Positions 10,178-20,342 of a stretch of 64,000 nucleotides of DNA are shown piece after piece. The notes below the pieces were generated by a model. That model was not told the origin of the DNA, made no database searches, and was given only the letters and a program-made list of their open reading frames with translations. The translations under genes were made by a program, and so were the position numbers. Positions within the stretch are counted from its first letter, which is position 1. The number at the start of each line of letters is the position of its first letter. Location: NCBI GenBank assembly GCA_019056785.1, contig DXJV01000062.1:1-64000 (forward strand). Direction: 5' to 3'. Source of the stretch: Candidatus Heimdallarchaeota archaeon (lineage in GTDB: Archaea > Asgardarchaeota > Heimdallarchaeia > JABLTI01).

Positions 10178-13100
10178 TAACCTTCTCCTCCTCCACTTTG
10201 TAAGCGTCTTTTTTCATTAATCTTTTAATTCTCGCTCTTACGCTAATGAATGCCGTCAGAATAATGCTCCCAGTTATTGCGATGAAAACACTGCAAACTA
10301 TTAGTGTGAGCATCCAACTTGTTGGAGAGTATTCCCCAATAAACGTTGGGCTAATGGCTATTTTTGTCAGGTAGTTTAGGAAGAACAAACCTACCATTAA
10401 GCCGCCAATAATTCCTGGAACGATTAGCGTGAGCATTTCAAAAATGAGTATTCGTCGCAATTGTTTTGAGGAAGCTCCCAACGATAGATAGAGATATAAT
10501 TGGTTATTTTGATCCAAGAATAATTTTTGGCTGAAAAGGAAACTAGCTCCAATTGTCATTAATAGGGCTGCCAATCCGCTATATAAGGAGAAATTTACGA
10601 GCATTCTAACAGCCGGGCTTGTTAAGCTATCATGATATTCCTCGTTAAATGTGACCAATTCTTGCAGGTTTTCGTTGTTTTGCACGAGAGCAGTAATCGT
10701 GCTCAAGTCTTTCTTGTAATCGGTGAAATCAAGCAACAGGAATCTGTCAACAGAGAGTCCAGATAAAGTAGCACAAAGGTAGCTTCCGGTTTTCGCACTT
10801 ACAATTATTTTTAACGGGGCGTTAATATCCTTCCCAATAATTGTAATTTTCCGTTCGAAAATAAAGAATGGCCAAGCATCAATAAAATCAGCAATAATTA
10901 GTTGTTGATTAAATACTGTTTCACCTTCCTGGACCTTTAGAGAATATAGGTCGTCTTTTTGGAGCGATAATTCTTTTGCTCGAGTATTTTCAATTAAGCA
11001 GCTATTTGTTTGAGTGAGGTAGGTCATTGCTTTTTGCAAGCTTAAACCAACTTTGCTTGATGGGTGATAAGCAATATTGCCATAGGTACTGGTGTTAATG
11101 AAATAGAATGAAAGAACCTGCTGACCCAAGGCATTTAAAATTCCTTCCAGTTTGACCACTTCTGTGCTATGAATCGTTGAGGGAAGACTCGAGACAATCT
11201 GCGTTATGTTTGCCTTAGGTTCTAGTGAAACCCTGGCATCTGCGCCTACTGAATACCTTGCTTCATTTGCTTTTGTCGCAATTAAACCAAAAGCCATGCT
11301 TAGAAATAGCACTATCACTAACGAGCCTGTGGCTAATGTCAGAAAGCCTTGTTTTAACCAGCTCTTGTTGATCTTAATATTCTGTAAAGAGAAGCTAAAT
11401 AGATTGTGATTTCTTCGCCATAGCCTTTTTGCCAGTCGATCAATAAAGAGCTGATAGAGGAGATATATTGCCAGTATTGTTATACTGCTGGCAAGAACAA
11501 TCAGTAGGAAATATGTTGAGCTAGAGAATTGAAATAGCGGTGAAATTGACTCGAACGGGACAAGAATTACTGTTAGTATTAACCCAAGAGAAACAATGCT
11601 GCTTAGAATTACAAAGAGTATTTGTTTTTTCTGTGCGTCTTTTTTCTTCTCAGTAACTTGTCTTTTTTGACTAATGCTTGCTGTTTGAAAGATAAGGTAA
11701 GGGATGCTAAATAATCCAATTATCGCACAATAAACACCAACAGTTTGAAGAACAGCAGTGCCGGAAAAGACTATCGGAGTAATGGTCAGAGAAATCAACC
11801 GACCTGCTGCTGCATAGCCAAATGGAACTGTCACTGTTGCAACACCAATTCCCAACCCAAGGCCCAAGAATGCTATGGAGAGAAATAGCACTAATTCTGA
11901 GATCAACCACTGTCCTCGTGTAACACCATGGTTTTTAAAAAACGCCAGCAACCCCTTTTTCCCCGGGAGAAGCTGACTTTGGATATAAAGCAAGAAACAA
12001 AGAAACAATACCATGGGAATTGCTAAAAAGGAGAGCCGGAGCTGCTCTATTCGTAAAGTTATATAAAAGCTCTCAAAGCCATCGCTAGAAATTCCCATCA
12101 TTTTTATTGAGGTTATTAAAGGACATTCTGCAATCAAATTATTGCCTATTTGCTCTTTGAGCTCCAGCAGTTGTTGGAATTCTTCAACAGTATAATCGAG
12201 CTTTGCTGTGTCATGAATCACATGAGCATTAACAAAAATTCTTTTGCTTAGAAAGTTTTCCGGATGTTCAATCGTTTGAAGTGTGCCATTAAAAGAGGAC
12301 AGTAATTGTCTGAATAGTTTTTCGGTAATGACTAAGCCTGAGGCGTCCCAACTGAACAGATAGGTATTTAGTGCTTTACAAATTTCAGTATTATCTAAGC
12401 CTTCGTAGATTATTTTATGGCTGAAATCCAATGTTACCGGTGTTGAATACATTTCTCCATTATCTATAACTGCTAAAGTGACATTCTCGCGCTCCAGCAG
12501 AATTTTATACGGGAAATTGCCTACCTGGCTAGAGCCCAGATCAGTTGTTGAGACCAATAAGATAACTGCCCTGTCAGATGAGATGTTGCTATTCTCCCAT
12601 GTGGCAAAAGGCGTGAGATATTGAAAGATGTTTTCCGGAATAACATTAATTTCGATGCTCCCTAAAATGGTGCTTGCTCCATTGTCCCCCTCTACTAACA
12701 CTTTGTAGGTATATAACCGCAGGTCAGTAGAACTGAGTGGGAGTTTGTCCTGCAACGGGCTTTTACTAATCGTTTTCATAATGATGTTGTTAAAGTCTGT
12801 TGGAACAGGGTAGCCAACAAACGAATTGTTATTATCAAAATAGTAGTTATAAAATGCTAATTCCGCTGAACAAGAAATAGAACTTTCGGTCCAGCCTTCT
12901 TCATAAACAAACTTTCTAAGAGCTGCTTCATTTGATTCAGAGACGATAAAAATCTGTGATAGGAACAAGCTAGCCAAAGATAGCCCAACGAATAGCAAGA
13001 AATAGTTTTTTTTATTGCTTCTTACCAAAACCTTGAACAAATCTTTAACTAAGAACATTCTTCCCAACAGCTTGAATTTACTTTTCCCACTAAATATCAA
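10170..13100 (-). CDS. FtsX-like ABC permease (paralog of the adjacent gene)
   Basis: 976 aa with the same architecture; 'RYSVGADARV' and 'YLSLGASSKQL'. Confidence 0.85.
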   Translation of the reverse strand: MIFSGKSKFKLLGRMFLVKDLFKVLVRSNKKNYFLLFVGLSLASLFLSQIFIVSESNEAALRKFVYEEGWTESSISCSAELAFYNYYFDNNNSFVGYPVPTDFNNIIMKTISKSPLQDKLPLSSTDLRLYTYKVLVEGDNGASTILGSIEINVIPENIFQYLTPFATWENSNISSDRAVILLVSTTDLGSSQVGNFPYKILLERENVTLAVIDNGEMYSTPVTLDFSHKIIYEGLDNTEICKALNTYLFSWDASGLVITEKLFRQLLSSFNGTLQTIEHPENFLSKRIFVNAHVIHDTAKLDYTVEEFQQLLELKEQIGNNLIAECPLITSIKMMGISSDGFESFYITLRIEQLRLSFLAIPMVLFLCFLLYIQSQLLPGKKGLLAFFKNHGVTRGQWLISELVLFLSIAFLGLGLGIGVATVTVPFGYAAAGRLISLTITPIVFSGTAVLQTVGVYCAIIGLFSIPYLIFQTASISQKRQVTEKKKDAQKKQILFVILSSIVSLGLILTVILVPFESISPLFQFSSSTYFLLIVLASSITILAIYLLYQLFIDRLAKRLWRRNHNLFSFSLQNIKINKSWLKQGFLTLATGSLVIVLFLSMAFGLIATKANEARYSVGADARVSLEPKANITQIVSSLPSTIHSTEVVKLEGILNALGQQVLSFYFINTSTYGNIAYHPSSKVGLSLQKAMTYLTQTNSCLIENTRAKELSLQKDDLYSLKVQEGETVFNQQLIIADFIDAWPFFIFERKITIIGKDINAPLKIIVSAKTGSYLCATLSGLSVDRFLLLDFTDYKKDLSTITALVQNNENLQELVTFNEEYHDSLTSPAVRMLVNFSLYSGLAALLMTIGASFLFSQKLFLDQNNQLYLYLSLGASSKQLRRILIFEMLTLIVPGIIGGLMVGLFFLNYLTKIAISPTFIGEYSPTSWMLTLIVCSVFIAITGSIILTAFISVRARIKRLMKKDAYKVEEEKVSG

Positions 13101-13296
13101 GGAATTACTTTAACGTATATTAAAATATTTCTTAAAAGTTAGACTTCCTTGTTGTTTATTAGTTTCTTGATTATTAACAAAAAAATCTGACAAAAATATC
13201 TTTTTTAGGAAAAATTTAAATTAGTTCATCTAATTATTAATTTTAAACCATTTATATAGAAAAGAGAAATGGCTAAAAAAAGGAGTGAGTGAATAA

Positions 13297-13776
13297 ATGA
13301 AAAGATATTGGAATATTTTGTTTGTTTCTTTTGTCATGGGAATTTTTGTTTTTTTATAATATGCTCAAGTGAATGCTACAACTCGTTATAACGACTATGA
13401 TAGTTTTGATAACGGAAAACTTGTAATGGATTGTCAAGCATCTATTTGGGCAGGCCCAAAATCTGGTGGTGGATACTTTATGAATCATCAATACTTCAAT
13501 GTTGATATTGATTCGAAAACTGGTTGTGGTATCTATTGGGTTCGCATTATCCTTACAATACAAGGTAATGTAGTTTTTAATGAATATGTGGTCGATAATG
13601 GACTTTTTCCTGATTGGGGTCCTGATAGTGTTTACTATAATTTCTGGGATTATTATGAATATGAAACAAGTAATTATGCTGTATGGGCAAGTATTGAGGT
13701 TCAAGTTCTATGGAAACCTAGTGGAGGCGCTGCAACAATAACAACAATTGAAGCTGAAGCATCATATGGTAGTTGA
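13297..13776 (+). pseudogene. Small secreted beta-rich protein with an in-frame TAA at the end of its signal peptide
   Basis: ATG at 13297 (after GGAGTGAG) reads MKRYWNILFVSFVMGIFVFL*YAQVNA, in frame with the 13369-13776 ORF. The stop is at 13357-13359. Confidence 0.55.
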
Positions 13777-13872
13777 TTAATTGGGAAGAATTTCAATAAT
13801 CTTCCTTTTTTATTCTATTCAAATAAAATTTAATTAAGAATAAAAATAGTGTTTAATAGGGGTTAATGTATC

Positions 13873-15921
13873 TTGTTAAAGGATATTAAATCAAAAACAG
13901 CTATTCTTTCTTTATTACTCTTGTTATCTTTAAATTTCTTTTTGGTTTTTCCATTAAGTGGAATAGATTTTGTGGTTATCAAATGTTGTGGTAATTGCCA
14001 ATCCTTGAGTAATGATGGATCTAAACCCTTTGACTATAATGTTAACTTGTTATCAACTTGGAGCCAGAATTTTGGTTTAGTGAAGGAGCTACTTCTCGTA
14101 GAGAAGGAATTGTTCCTCATTGGTGGTGATAAGGAAATTTTCATTCTTAATACCACTGATCTTACCTATCCAAAACTGTTAGGGAGTTATCATAATAATT
14201 CCGGTGCTCTTACTGCAGTGCATCATGCTGGCCGGCTCTTTCTTGGTTTACAAAATGGTCTGGAAATTCTTGATGTTCAAAACCACTCTTCTATAGAACA
14301 ACTTGCTTTTTACGAGACTGCTGCTGTCCATGCTCTTTGCCTTGACAATGAAACTCTTTTTCTTTCTCGTGGGTCTTTTGGTGTTGAAATCCTCAACATT
14401 GCTAATCTCTCTGCAATCACCCCTATCTCCATGATTTCTACAGCTGGAGAAGCCCATAAGATTGTTTTGAAAAATGATTGCCTTTTTATTGCAGATTCTG
14501 TTAATGGTTTAGAGATTTATAATGTCAGTAATTATCATTCTCCTGTAAAGATTGCCAATTATACTGATGGAAGCGCTTTTTTTGATCTTGTAGTTGATGA
14601 ACAATTTGCATATATCCTTGACTCGAGTGGCAATTTTAAAATTCTCAATATTACTGACATTCTGGCGATAAAGAAAATAAGTGAAATGTCTTTTGTGCAC
14701 CCCCAGAAACTGCTTGTAGAGAATGGCACTGTTTTTCTAGCGGTAAAAGAACAGGTGGTGCTGATAAATTGCACTGATCCATTGATGCCCTCCCAGATAA
14801 CTATGGTTAATGCTACCAGTGATATTATTGCTTTACGGAAAAAAAACAGCTGCCTTTTTATGAGCGAAAAAGAGGGCATTGAAATAGTTTCTCTAGAAAA
14901 TTTCACCTCTCCGGAAATACTTTCAAGGTTTGGTTATAGCGACATTGAGAAGGTTCTCATTGCCGGTGGCTATCTCTATGCATTGATGGGTGAAGAAGGG
15001 GTAGCTATTATTAAAGCAACTGGTCATTCAATACTTCAAGCTGTAAGTAATTATCGAACTTCAGGAAGAATAGTTGATTTTTGCATTGCCGGTCGTTATC
15101 TCTATCTTGCGGTAAAAGATACCGGCGTTGAGATACTTGATGTGCTTGAGCCTGAAAACCCACAAAAGGTTGGCGAATATCTCTCGAGTGGCAATGCTTC
15201 TAGCCTTGCAATTGCTGATAATTATCTTCTCTTGGCTGATGGTGTAGCAGTAAAAGTAATTACGGTGGCGGACCCCAGCCACCCTCAAGAGGTTGCACAG
15301 TATGTTCGGTCACTTTTCATACCTGACAAAGTCCGCTTTTACGAAGGGAAAGCCCTTGTTATTGACAGGGACAGGATGCAAGTTGCCATTTTAGAGCTAA
15401 CTTTCTCAACTGCTACGGGCCCCGAATTGCTCTTTTCAGGGATGATTACCGGCAGTCAATTTATTCATTTTGTTGATGTAGCAATGCAAGAGCACTATAT
15501 CTATTTAAGCACCGGAAATAGTTTGCAAGTTTATGATAGCCAGGCTGTAAGTATTAATTCACCAATACTTACTATTGAAAAGGGGAGTTATTATGCCCTT
15601 AAAATAACAAACAATTTATTATATGCTATTGGCAATCAAAATTTCCAAATACTTACAATAACGGATCTTGAGCAGGTTAATCGAACAGAATTCCCGCTTC
15701 TTGGTAGTTTCCTGGTAGATATCGACGTTGAAAAGGAATATATTGTCATCGGGAATTTTCTGGCTGGAGACGACCTCTATCTGTTTAATCACACCTATCC
15801 TCTAGCAGTAGAGAAGCGAGTATGGCCCTATATTGTCCTGCCAATTGGTGGCGTAGTTGGACTTGCAATTCCCATAGTTCTCATTGTGAGGTTTCGAAAG
15901 AAAAAAACTCTGCATAGCTAA
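13873..15921 (+). CDS. LVIVD-repeat beta-propeller surface protein with C-terminal TM anchor
   Basis: Repeated GLEILDV, GVEILNI, GLEIYNV and GVEILDV units; N-terminal signal; C-terminal TM followed by RFRKKK. Confidence 0.85.
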   Translation: MLKDIKSKTAILSLLLLLSLNFFLVFPLSGIDFVVIKCCGNCQSLSNDGSKPFDYNVNLLSTWSQNFGLVKELLLVEKELFLIGGDKEIFILNTTDLTYPKLLGSYHNNSGALTAVHHAGRLFLGLQNGLEILDVQNHSSIEQLAFYETAAVHALCLDNETLFLSRGSFGVEILNIANLSAITPISMISTAGEAHKIVLKNDCLFIADSVNGLEIYNVSNYHSPVKIANYTDGSAFFDLVVDEQFAYILDSSGNFKILNITDILAIKKISEMSFVHPQKLLVENGTVFLAVKEQVVLINCTDPLMPSQITMVNATSDIIALRKKNSCLFMSEKEGIEIVSLENFTSPEILSRFGYSDIEKVLIAGGYLYALMGEEGVAIIKATGHSILQAVSNYRTSGRIVDFCIAGRYLYLAVKDTGVEILDVLEPENPQKVGEYLSSGNASSLAIADNYLLLADGVAVKVITVADPSHPQEVAQYVRSLFIPDKVRFYEGKALVIDRDRMQVAILELTFSTATGPELLFSGMITGSQFIHFVDVAMQEHYIYLSTGNSLQVYDSQAVSINSPILTIEKGSYYALKITNNLLYAIGNQNFQILTITDLEQVNRTEFPLLGSFLVDIDVEKEYIVIGNFLAGDDLYLFNHTYPLAVEKRVWPYIVLPIGGVVGLAIPIVLIVRFRKKKTLHS

Positions 15922-16226
15922 GAATTAAGGGAGAAAAAAGGAAAAGGCTTGTTGGCTATCGTCATGAAAATGAAAAATCTTCGTACGAAATTGGTTAAAG
16001 TGCCAATTACAGAACCCTTTATAACCAATTAAAAGCCGAATGAACCATTTCTCAACCTTGCTAGCAGAGAAAGTCAACAGAGCTCGTAGGTAGCTCAATA
16101 GATTTTGGTTAATAATTTTGCTACTCTCAGGTAAAATTTTCAAATCTCTTGGCTAAAAAATAAATGCCTTTATAAATATTTAAATATTTAATTAATCTTT
16201 TTGCTTAGAGTTGGGATTTGACAATT

Positions 16227-16949
16227 ATGGTCGAAGAAAATTGGCAAGAGAAAGTGAAAGGACTTATTGAACAAATAAAGAATGAGGATGTTGAAACCCG
16301 GCAAGATGCTGCTTGGACTTTACATAAATCAGCAGAAAAAGGCATTAAAGAAGTTGCTGAAGCTATTCCTGCACTCATTACTGCTATGCATGATGATGAT
16401 TGGGTTGTCCGGAAAATGTCGATTTTGGCTTTAGGCGTGTTAAAAGTTGAGAAGGTGATCCCCTCAATAATTGATGTTTTAAAAAACGATTCTAATAATG
16501 AAGTTCGTGTTGGTGCTGCAGAAGCATTAGGTGACATGCAAGCAGAACAGGCTGTTCCTGAATTAATAAACGCTTTGGATGCCAGTTATGAAATGCTTTG
16601 CTATGTGGCAATTTATTCATTAAGCAAAATCGGTGAAAAGGCAATTGCGGCTGTTCCAAAATTACTCGAGTTGTTGGCTACTCCTGAAGAAGTTGGTATT
16701 ATTCAAACCAATATTTTAACCGCAATGGCTTTAGGTGAAATTGGCGATGCATCAGCAATCGAACCTTTAAAAGTCGCTTTAAATAGTGCCGCTACTCATG
16801 AGTTTCAATTCACAATAGCCTATTCCTTAGCGCTTCTCGAAGGTGCTGAAGGTACAGGAATGACTGAGTTAAAAAGAATGAAAGACAACTACGAATTTAT
16901 TCATGATGACGCCACATTATTTGAAAAATTACTCGAGAAGCTTAACTGA
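16227..16949 (+). CDS. HEAT (PBS-lyase type) repeat protein
   Basis: Repeats such as EVRVGAAEALG, AIPALITAM, AVPELINAL and AIEPLKVAL. Confidence 0.88.
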   Translation: MVEENWQEKVKGLIEQIKNEDVETRQDAAWTLHKSAEKGIKEVAEAIPALITAMHDDDWVVRKMSILALGVLKVEKVIPSIIDVLKNDSNNEVRVGAAEALGDMQAEQAVPELINALDASYEMLCYVAIYSLSKIGEKAIAAVPKLLELLATPEEVGIIQTNILTAMALGEIGDASAIEPLKVALNSAATHEFQFTIAYSLALLEGAEGTGMTELKRMKDNYEFIHDDATLFEKLLEKLN

Positions 16950-16959
16950 AAAGTTCTTT

Positions 16960-17346
16960 CTATGAATCTAAGCCGTCTCCCAATGCCATTTTTTGTCGGT
17001 ACCGGAATTCGGCTATTCGTTTTCTGTAAGGGTAAAAATATTCGAATAGTTCCGGTAAGTCTTTACAATAAACCACCTTATGTGTATCTATTATCTCTGC
17101 TTGAATGTATAGTGGCAGTTCTTCGAATAACCACAAGTCGTATTTTCCTCCTACTTCTCGCCATGCTTTTCGTAGCAACTCCACTTGATCTTTTGTTTTT
17201 GGTGCGACAATACAAATATCAATATCACTTCTACTACTGGCTTCTCCTCGAGCATGAGAACCATACAACAGAATGGCGAGAACTTCTGGGTCCTTTGCTA
17301 ATTTGGAAAAATCTTTCTTTAATCTTTCAAGTAATTTCCGCTCCAT
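16960..17346 (-). CDS. Minimal nucleotidyltransferase (MNT), antitoxin of a HEPN-MNT toxin-antitoxin pair
   Basis: LYGSHARGEASSRSDIDIC (GS-x10-DxD) in a 128-aa protein. Confidence 0.88.
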   Translation of the reverse strand: MERKLLERLKKDFSKLAKDPEVLAILLYGSHARGEASSRSDIDICIVAPKTKDQVELLRKAWREVGGKYDLWLFEELPLYIQAEIIDTHKVVYCKDLPELFEYFYPYRKRIAEFRYRQKMALGDGLDS

Positions 17347-17490
17347 TCTTTAACCCTTGCTAATATTTGTTTGCTACCTGGGAATAGTTTTTTTTAAGTG
17401 ATTCTAGGGCGAGTTCATCATTTATTCCCCTAGGGCTTGACTAATTTATTTCTAAGCCCATTTGTTTTTTATAGCTTTTTCATCATAATT
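17330..17490 (-). pseudogene. Remnant of a HEPN/DUF86 ribonuclease toxin
   Basis: The minus strand reads NGLRNKLV (17439-17462), then GINDELALESLKK and ILARVKEW across frameshifts and stops, ending over the MNT start. This matches the DUF86 RNxLVHxY region with the His lost. Confidence 0.65.
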
Positions 17491-17616
17491 AGGAGTAGGC
17501 AGCATTTTTGTCGTGGCTGTAAATTCCTTGATAGCCTTTTTTCGTTCTCTTTTTGTTTCTCTTTTTTCTCTTTCTCCAAATAACCTTTTTATAAGACAGC
17601 TCTTATTCTAATTGCT

Positions 17617-18438
17617 ATGAATGTTGCCATTCTTTATTTCTCCGGGACAGGTGGCACTGCGAAGGTTGCTTCTGATCTTGCTGCAGGTTTTCATGCTGAG
17701 GGCTGTCAGGTCGAGCTTTTCCGGCTTAAACGTGGTCTTCAGTTTGACCTTTCAAATTTTGATCTCTTTGCTGTTGGCTCTCCCGCCTATTCTTTTCGTA
17801 TTCCTCGTCTTGTTTCTCGCCTTCTTCGCCGTCTCAACTTCCATCAAAAACCTTTCTTCGTTTTTTGCACTAGTGGTGGTATGCCTGGTAATGCTCTCTG
17901 GAATCTCTACTGGGTAGTTAAGCGCACTGCTGGTGTTTGTTTGGGTGGACTTTCTATCTTTGCGATGACTAATCTCCGTTCCTGGATGCCGAAAGAGGGT
18001 GATTCTGCTGCTTCTCTCTGGCGTATTACTGACCATGACACTCGCATTGCGCGTGCTACAGGGAAGGTCATCTTAGAGCGCTTGCAGCAGTGGCAGACTG
18101 CTCCTTCGAAAAAGCTCCGTAACAATTGGAAGCCTACCCCGAGTTTGTGGACAATTCTTTGGTCTGCTCTTTTCACCTGGCGTTGGATGATGGCTGCTAC
18201 AGCAGGTATTAAGCGTATTGATAAGAACCGGTGCAATAAATGCTCTCTTTGTGCTACTACCATTTGTCCTAGTGGTGCCATTTCAATCTCCGATGATGGT
18301 TGGCCAAAGTTCAATGAATGTAAATGCGTTGGTTGTAATGGTTGTCTCAATCTTTGTCCGCAAGATGCTATCTGGAGTTTTATTTCACGACACCACCAGC
18401 AATACGACCTTTACAAACAGTTTATTTTGAAAAAATAA
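17617..18438 (+). CDS. EFR1-family flavodoxin-ferredoxin fusion
   Basis: YFSGTGGT flavodoxin motif; CNKCSLC..CP and CVGCNGCLNLCP 4Fe-4S motifs. Confidence 0.9.
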   Translation: MNVAILYFSGTGGTAKVASDLAAGFHAEGCQVELFRLKRGLQFDLSNFDLFAVGSPAYSFRIPRLVSRLLRRLNFHQKPFFVFCTSGGMPGNALWNLYWVVKRTAGVCLGGLSIFAMTNLRSWMPKEGDSAASLWRITDHDTRIARATGKVILERLQQWQTAPSKKLRNNWKPTPSLWTILWSALFTWRWMMAATAGIKRIDKNRCNKCSLCATTICPSGAISISDDGWPKFNECKCVGCNGCLNLCPQDAIWSFISRHHQQYDLYKQFILKK

Positions 18439-18705
18439 CTCTTCTTTTTATAAAAGGTGGAGGACTCTCTAGCGTTTTTTCCTCGAGTGAGTTTGCTCCT
18501 TTTTCTATTGTTTTACTTATTTTTGGGGGATTGCTGCTATTATTATTCTTGTTTGGTCTTTTTTTTGTGGTTCTTTTTCACTTTCTGGTGCTTCTTTTTG
18601 TTCTTTTTCTTTCTGTAATTTTGTTTTTGCCGTTACTTCTATCTTTTCCATATTCAATTCCAGTTTTATCACATTCAATGAAAAACCTCTTCATAAAAAG
18701 ATTTT

Positions 18706-18727
18706 CATATGAAAAAAAACTCATATG
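18706..18727. promoter_or_regulatory. Putative ArsR/SmtB-type operator (CATATGA-N8-TCATATG)
   Basis: Inverted repeat with a TGAA-N6-(T/C)TCA core, about 65 nt upstream of the ArsR gene. A second ATGAA-N7-TTCAT lies at 18678-18694. Confidence 0.6.
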
Positions 18728-18791
18728 TTCTTTCTTGCAAACCAAAATATTCATTTGATTTCAAGCAATAATATACGTTATGTGAAAGAGA

Positions 18792-19220
18792 ATGTCTGGC
18801 AAAGAAAAGACAAAAAAATCAAAGAAGCGTGTAGAAAAGCTCTTGGTGCAAACGGATTTAAGTAAAACATGTATGACATTTTCAGAATGGCAGCGCTTTA
18901 TGAAGACAGTTCCTTTGTTTTCTCAAGCAGAGGTTGTTAGTGAGTTTCTAAAGCTTATAGACAATCCCATTCGTCTCAAGATTATTTTGATTCTTCTGGA
19001 ACGGGACTGGGCATGCAATTGTGAATTTGAATATGCTTTTAATGCGCATCAAACATTGATCTCCCACAATCTTAAACTCTTGCGAATAAAGGGGGTTATT
19101 CAGTTCACAAAATCCGGGCAGTGGAATTTTTACAAGCTCACGGACCAAGCGAAAGAATTTTTCCTCGCTTTCAGGTCGCTTTTCCTTCAAACAACTTTTC
19201 TTCCGCCGAGTAAAAAATGA
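18792..19220 (+). CDS. ArsR/SmtB family metalloregulator
   Basis: DNPIRLKII, ACNCEF, QTLISHNLKLLR and GQWNFYKL motifs. Confidence 0.88.
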   Translation: MSGKEKTKKSKKRVEKLLVQTDLSKTCMTFSEWQRFMKTVPLFSQAEVVSEFLKLIDNPIRLKIILILLERDWACNCEFEYAFNAHQTLISHNLKLLRIKGVIQFTKSGQWNFYKLTDQAKEFFLAFRSLFLQTTFLPPSKK

Positions 19221-19339
19221 GTTTTTTTCGCCATGTTCTGATGAACATTTCTTTAGTCGTAAATCCCGACAGAATTAACTCTTCGTGATTTAAAATCATT
19301 TTATGTTAAAGAGTTCTTTTTTTGGGAAAATAGTTAATA

Positions 19340-20342
19340 ATGTTGTTAATCTCTATGTTTTCTGATGAAAACATGAATCAACTAAAACGTTTCTGGCTTC
19401 TCTTACAAACAATTGGAATTATTGCGATTTTCCTACAGAGCTCCTTTGCCACTGCTTCCTCCTACGATTGGAATTTAACTTATCCCTACTTTTTCACTCA
19501 AAGTGTTGAAATGAAAACACATATTTTTGACACTTCGAACAACCTCGTTCAAGATAGTTCAATGAATACTATTGAAGAACATGTCGTCAATATTACTTCC
19601 ATCGATCTTAACTCCGGCAAGCTTACTTATTTTCTAACAATCGCCGGCATTACTCAACAATATATCACTGACTTTTTGATGGATGATTATCTTGCAGTAT
19701 CTACGCTAACAAGCCTTTTCTTTATCTCTTATGTGTGGGACTACGATCGAAACACTACTATTTTAACATCTTTTGACTTTAGCTTCTTTCTTTGGTACTT
19801 TCTGGAGCCAAATTGGCCTGTATTTAATGACCATTTAAGAGATTTTGAATGCTTCTGAGGTTATTTATCAAGTTCCTGATCCTTATGAACCCATTATTCA
19901 TAATATTACCTTTGGCGATTTTTTGGCTTCTCTTCCGGCCTATTCTTTTAATGGGAAAAGTTTGGAGGGCTTTAAAACCCTGCTTAAAAGTTCCACTCGT
20001 CAGTGGACTTTCTCCTTTGATCTCTCTAACGTTCTCTATGACAGCTATTATAATCTTACTTTAGGTCGATTTGTCTATTTCCCCCTTACAAAGTATGTAA
20101 CCTCTTTTTCGCTGGAATATTCAAAAGATGGCATCATGCAAAAAAACGTTTATTCTCTTAATTTTGGGTTAACCAGCCCTGAAGGTAGACAAATAACCGG
20201 TGAACACACTGAAAATTATGTCTTTGGTCCCAAAGAGTCGCTTTCTGCCGGACTGGCAATTCTCTTTGTCTTCCCGGCTCTCCTGGTAAGTGCTCTTCCC
20301 ATACTTCTAAAAAAATCAAAAGGAGTTGACCGATCAAAATGA
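19340..20342 (+). pseudogene. Surface protein paralog 1, split by a 1-nt homopolymer frameshift (may be a sequencing error)
   Basis: ORFs 19340-19858 and 19845-20342 join to read RDFLNASEVI if one T is added to the T-run near 19843-19846. The joined protein is colinear with the two downstream paralogs. Confidence 0.75.

Noticed and set aside
18342-18758. 138-aa hydrophobic plus-strand ORF (also 3396-3584, 44839-45063, 29061-29294)
   Set aside because: These are Phe/Leu-rich translations of T-rich intergenic or terminator DNA, or antisense to real genes.
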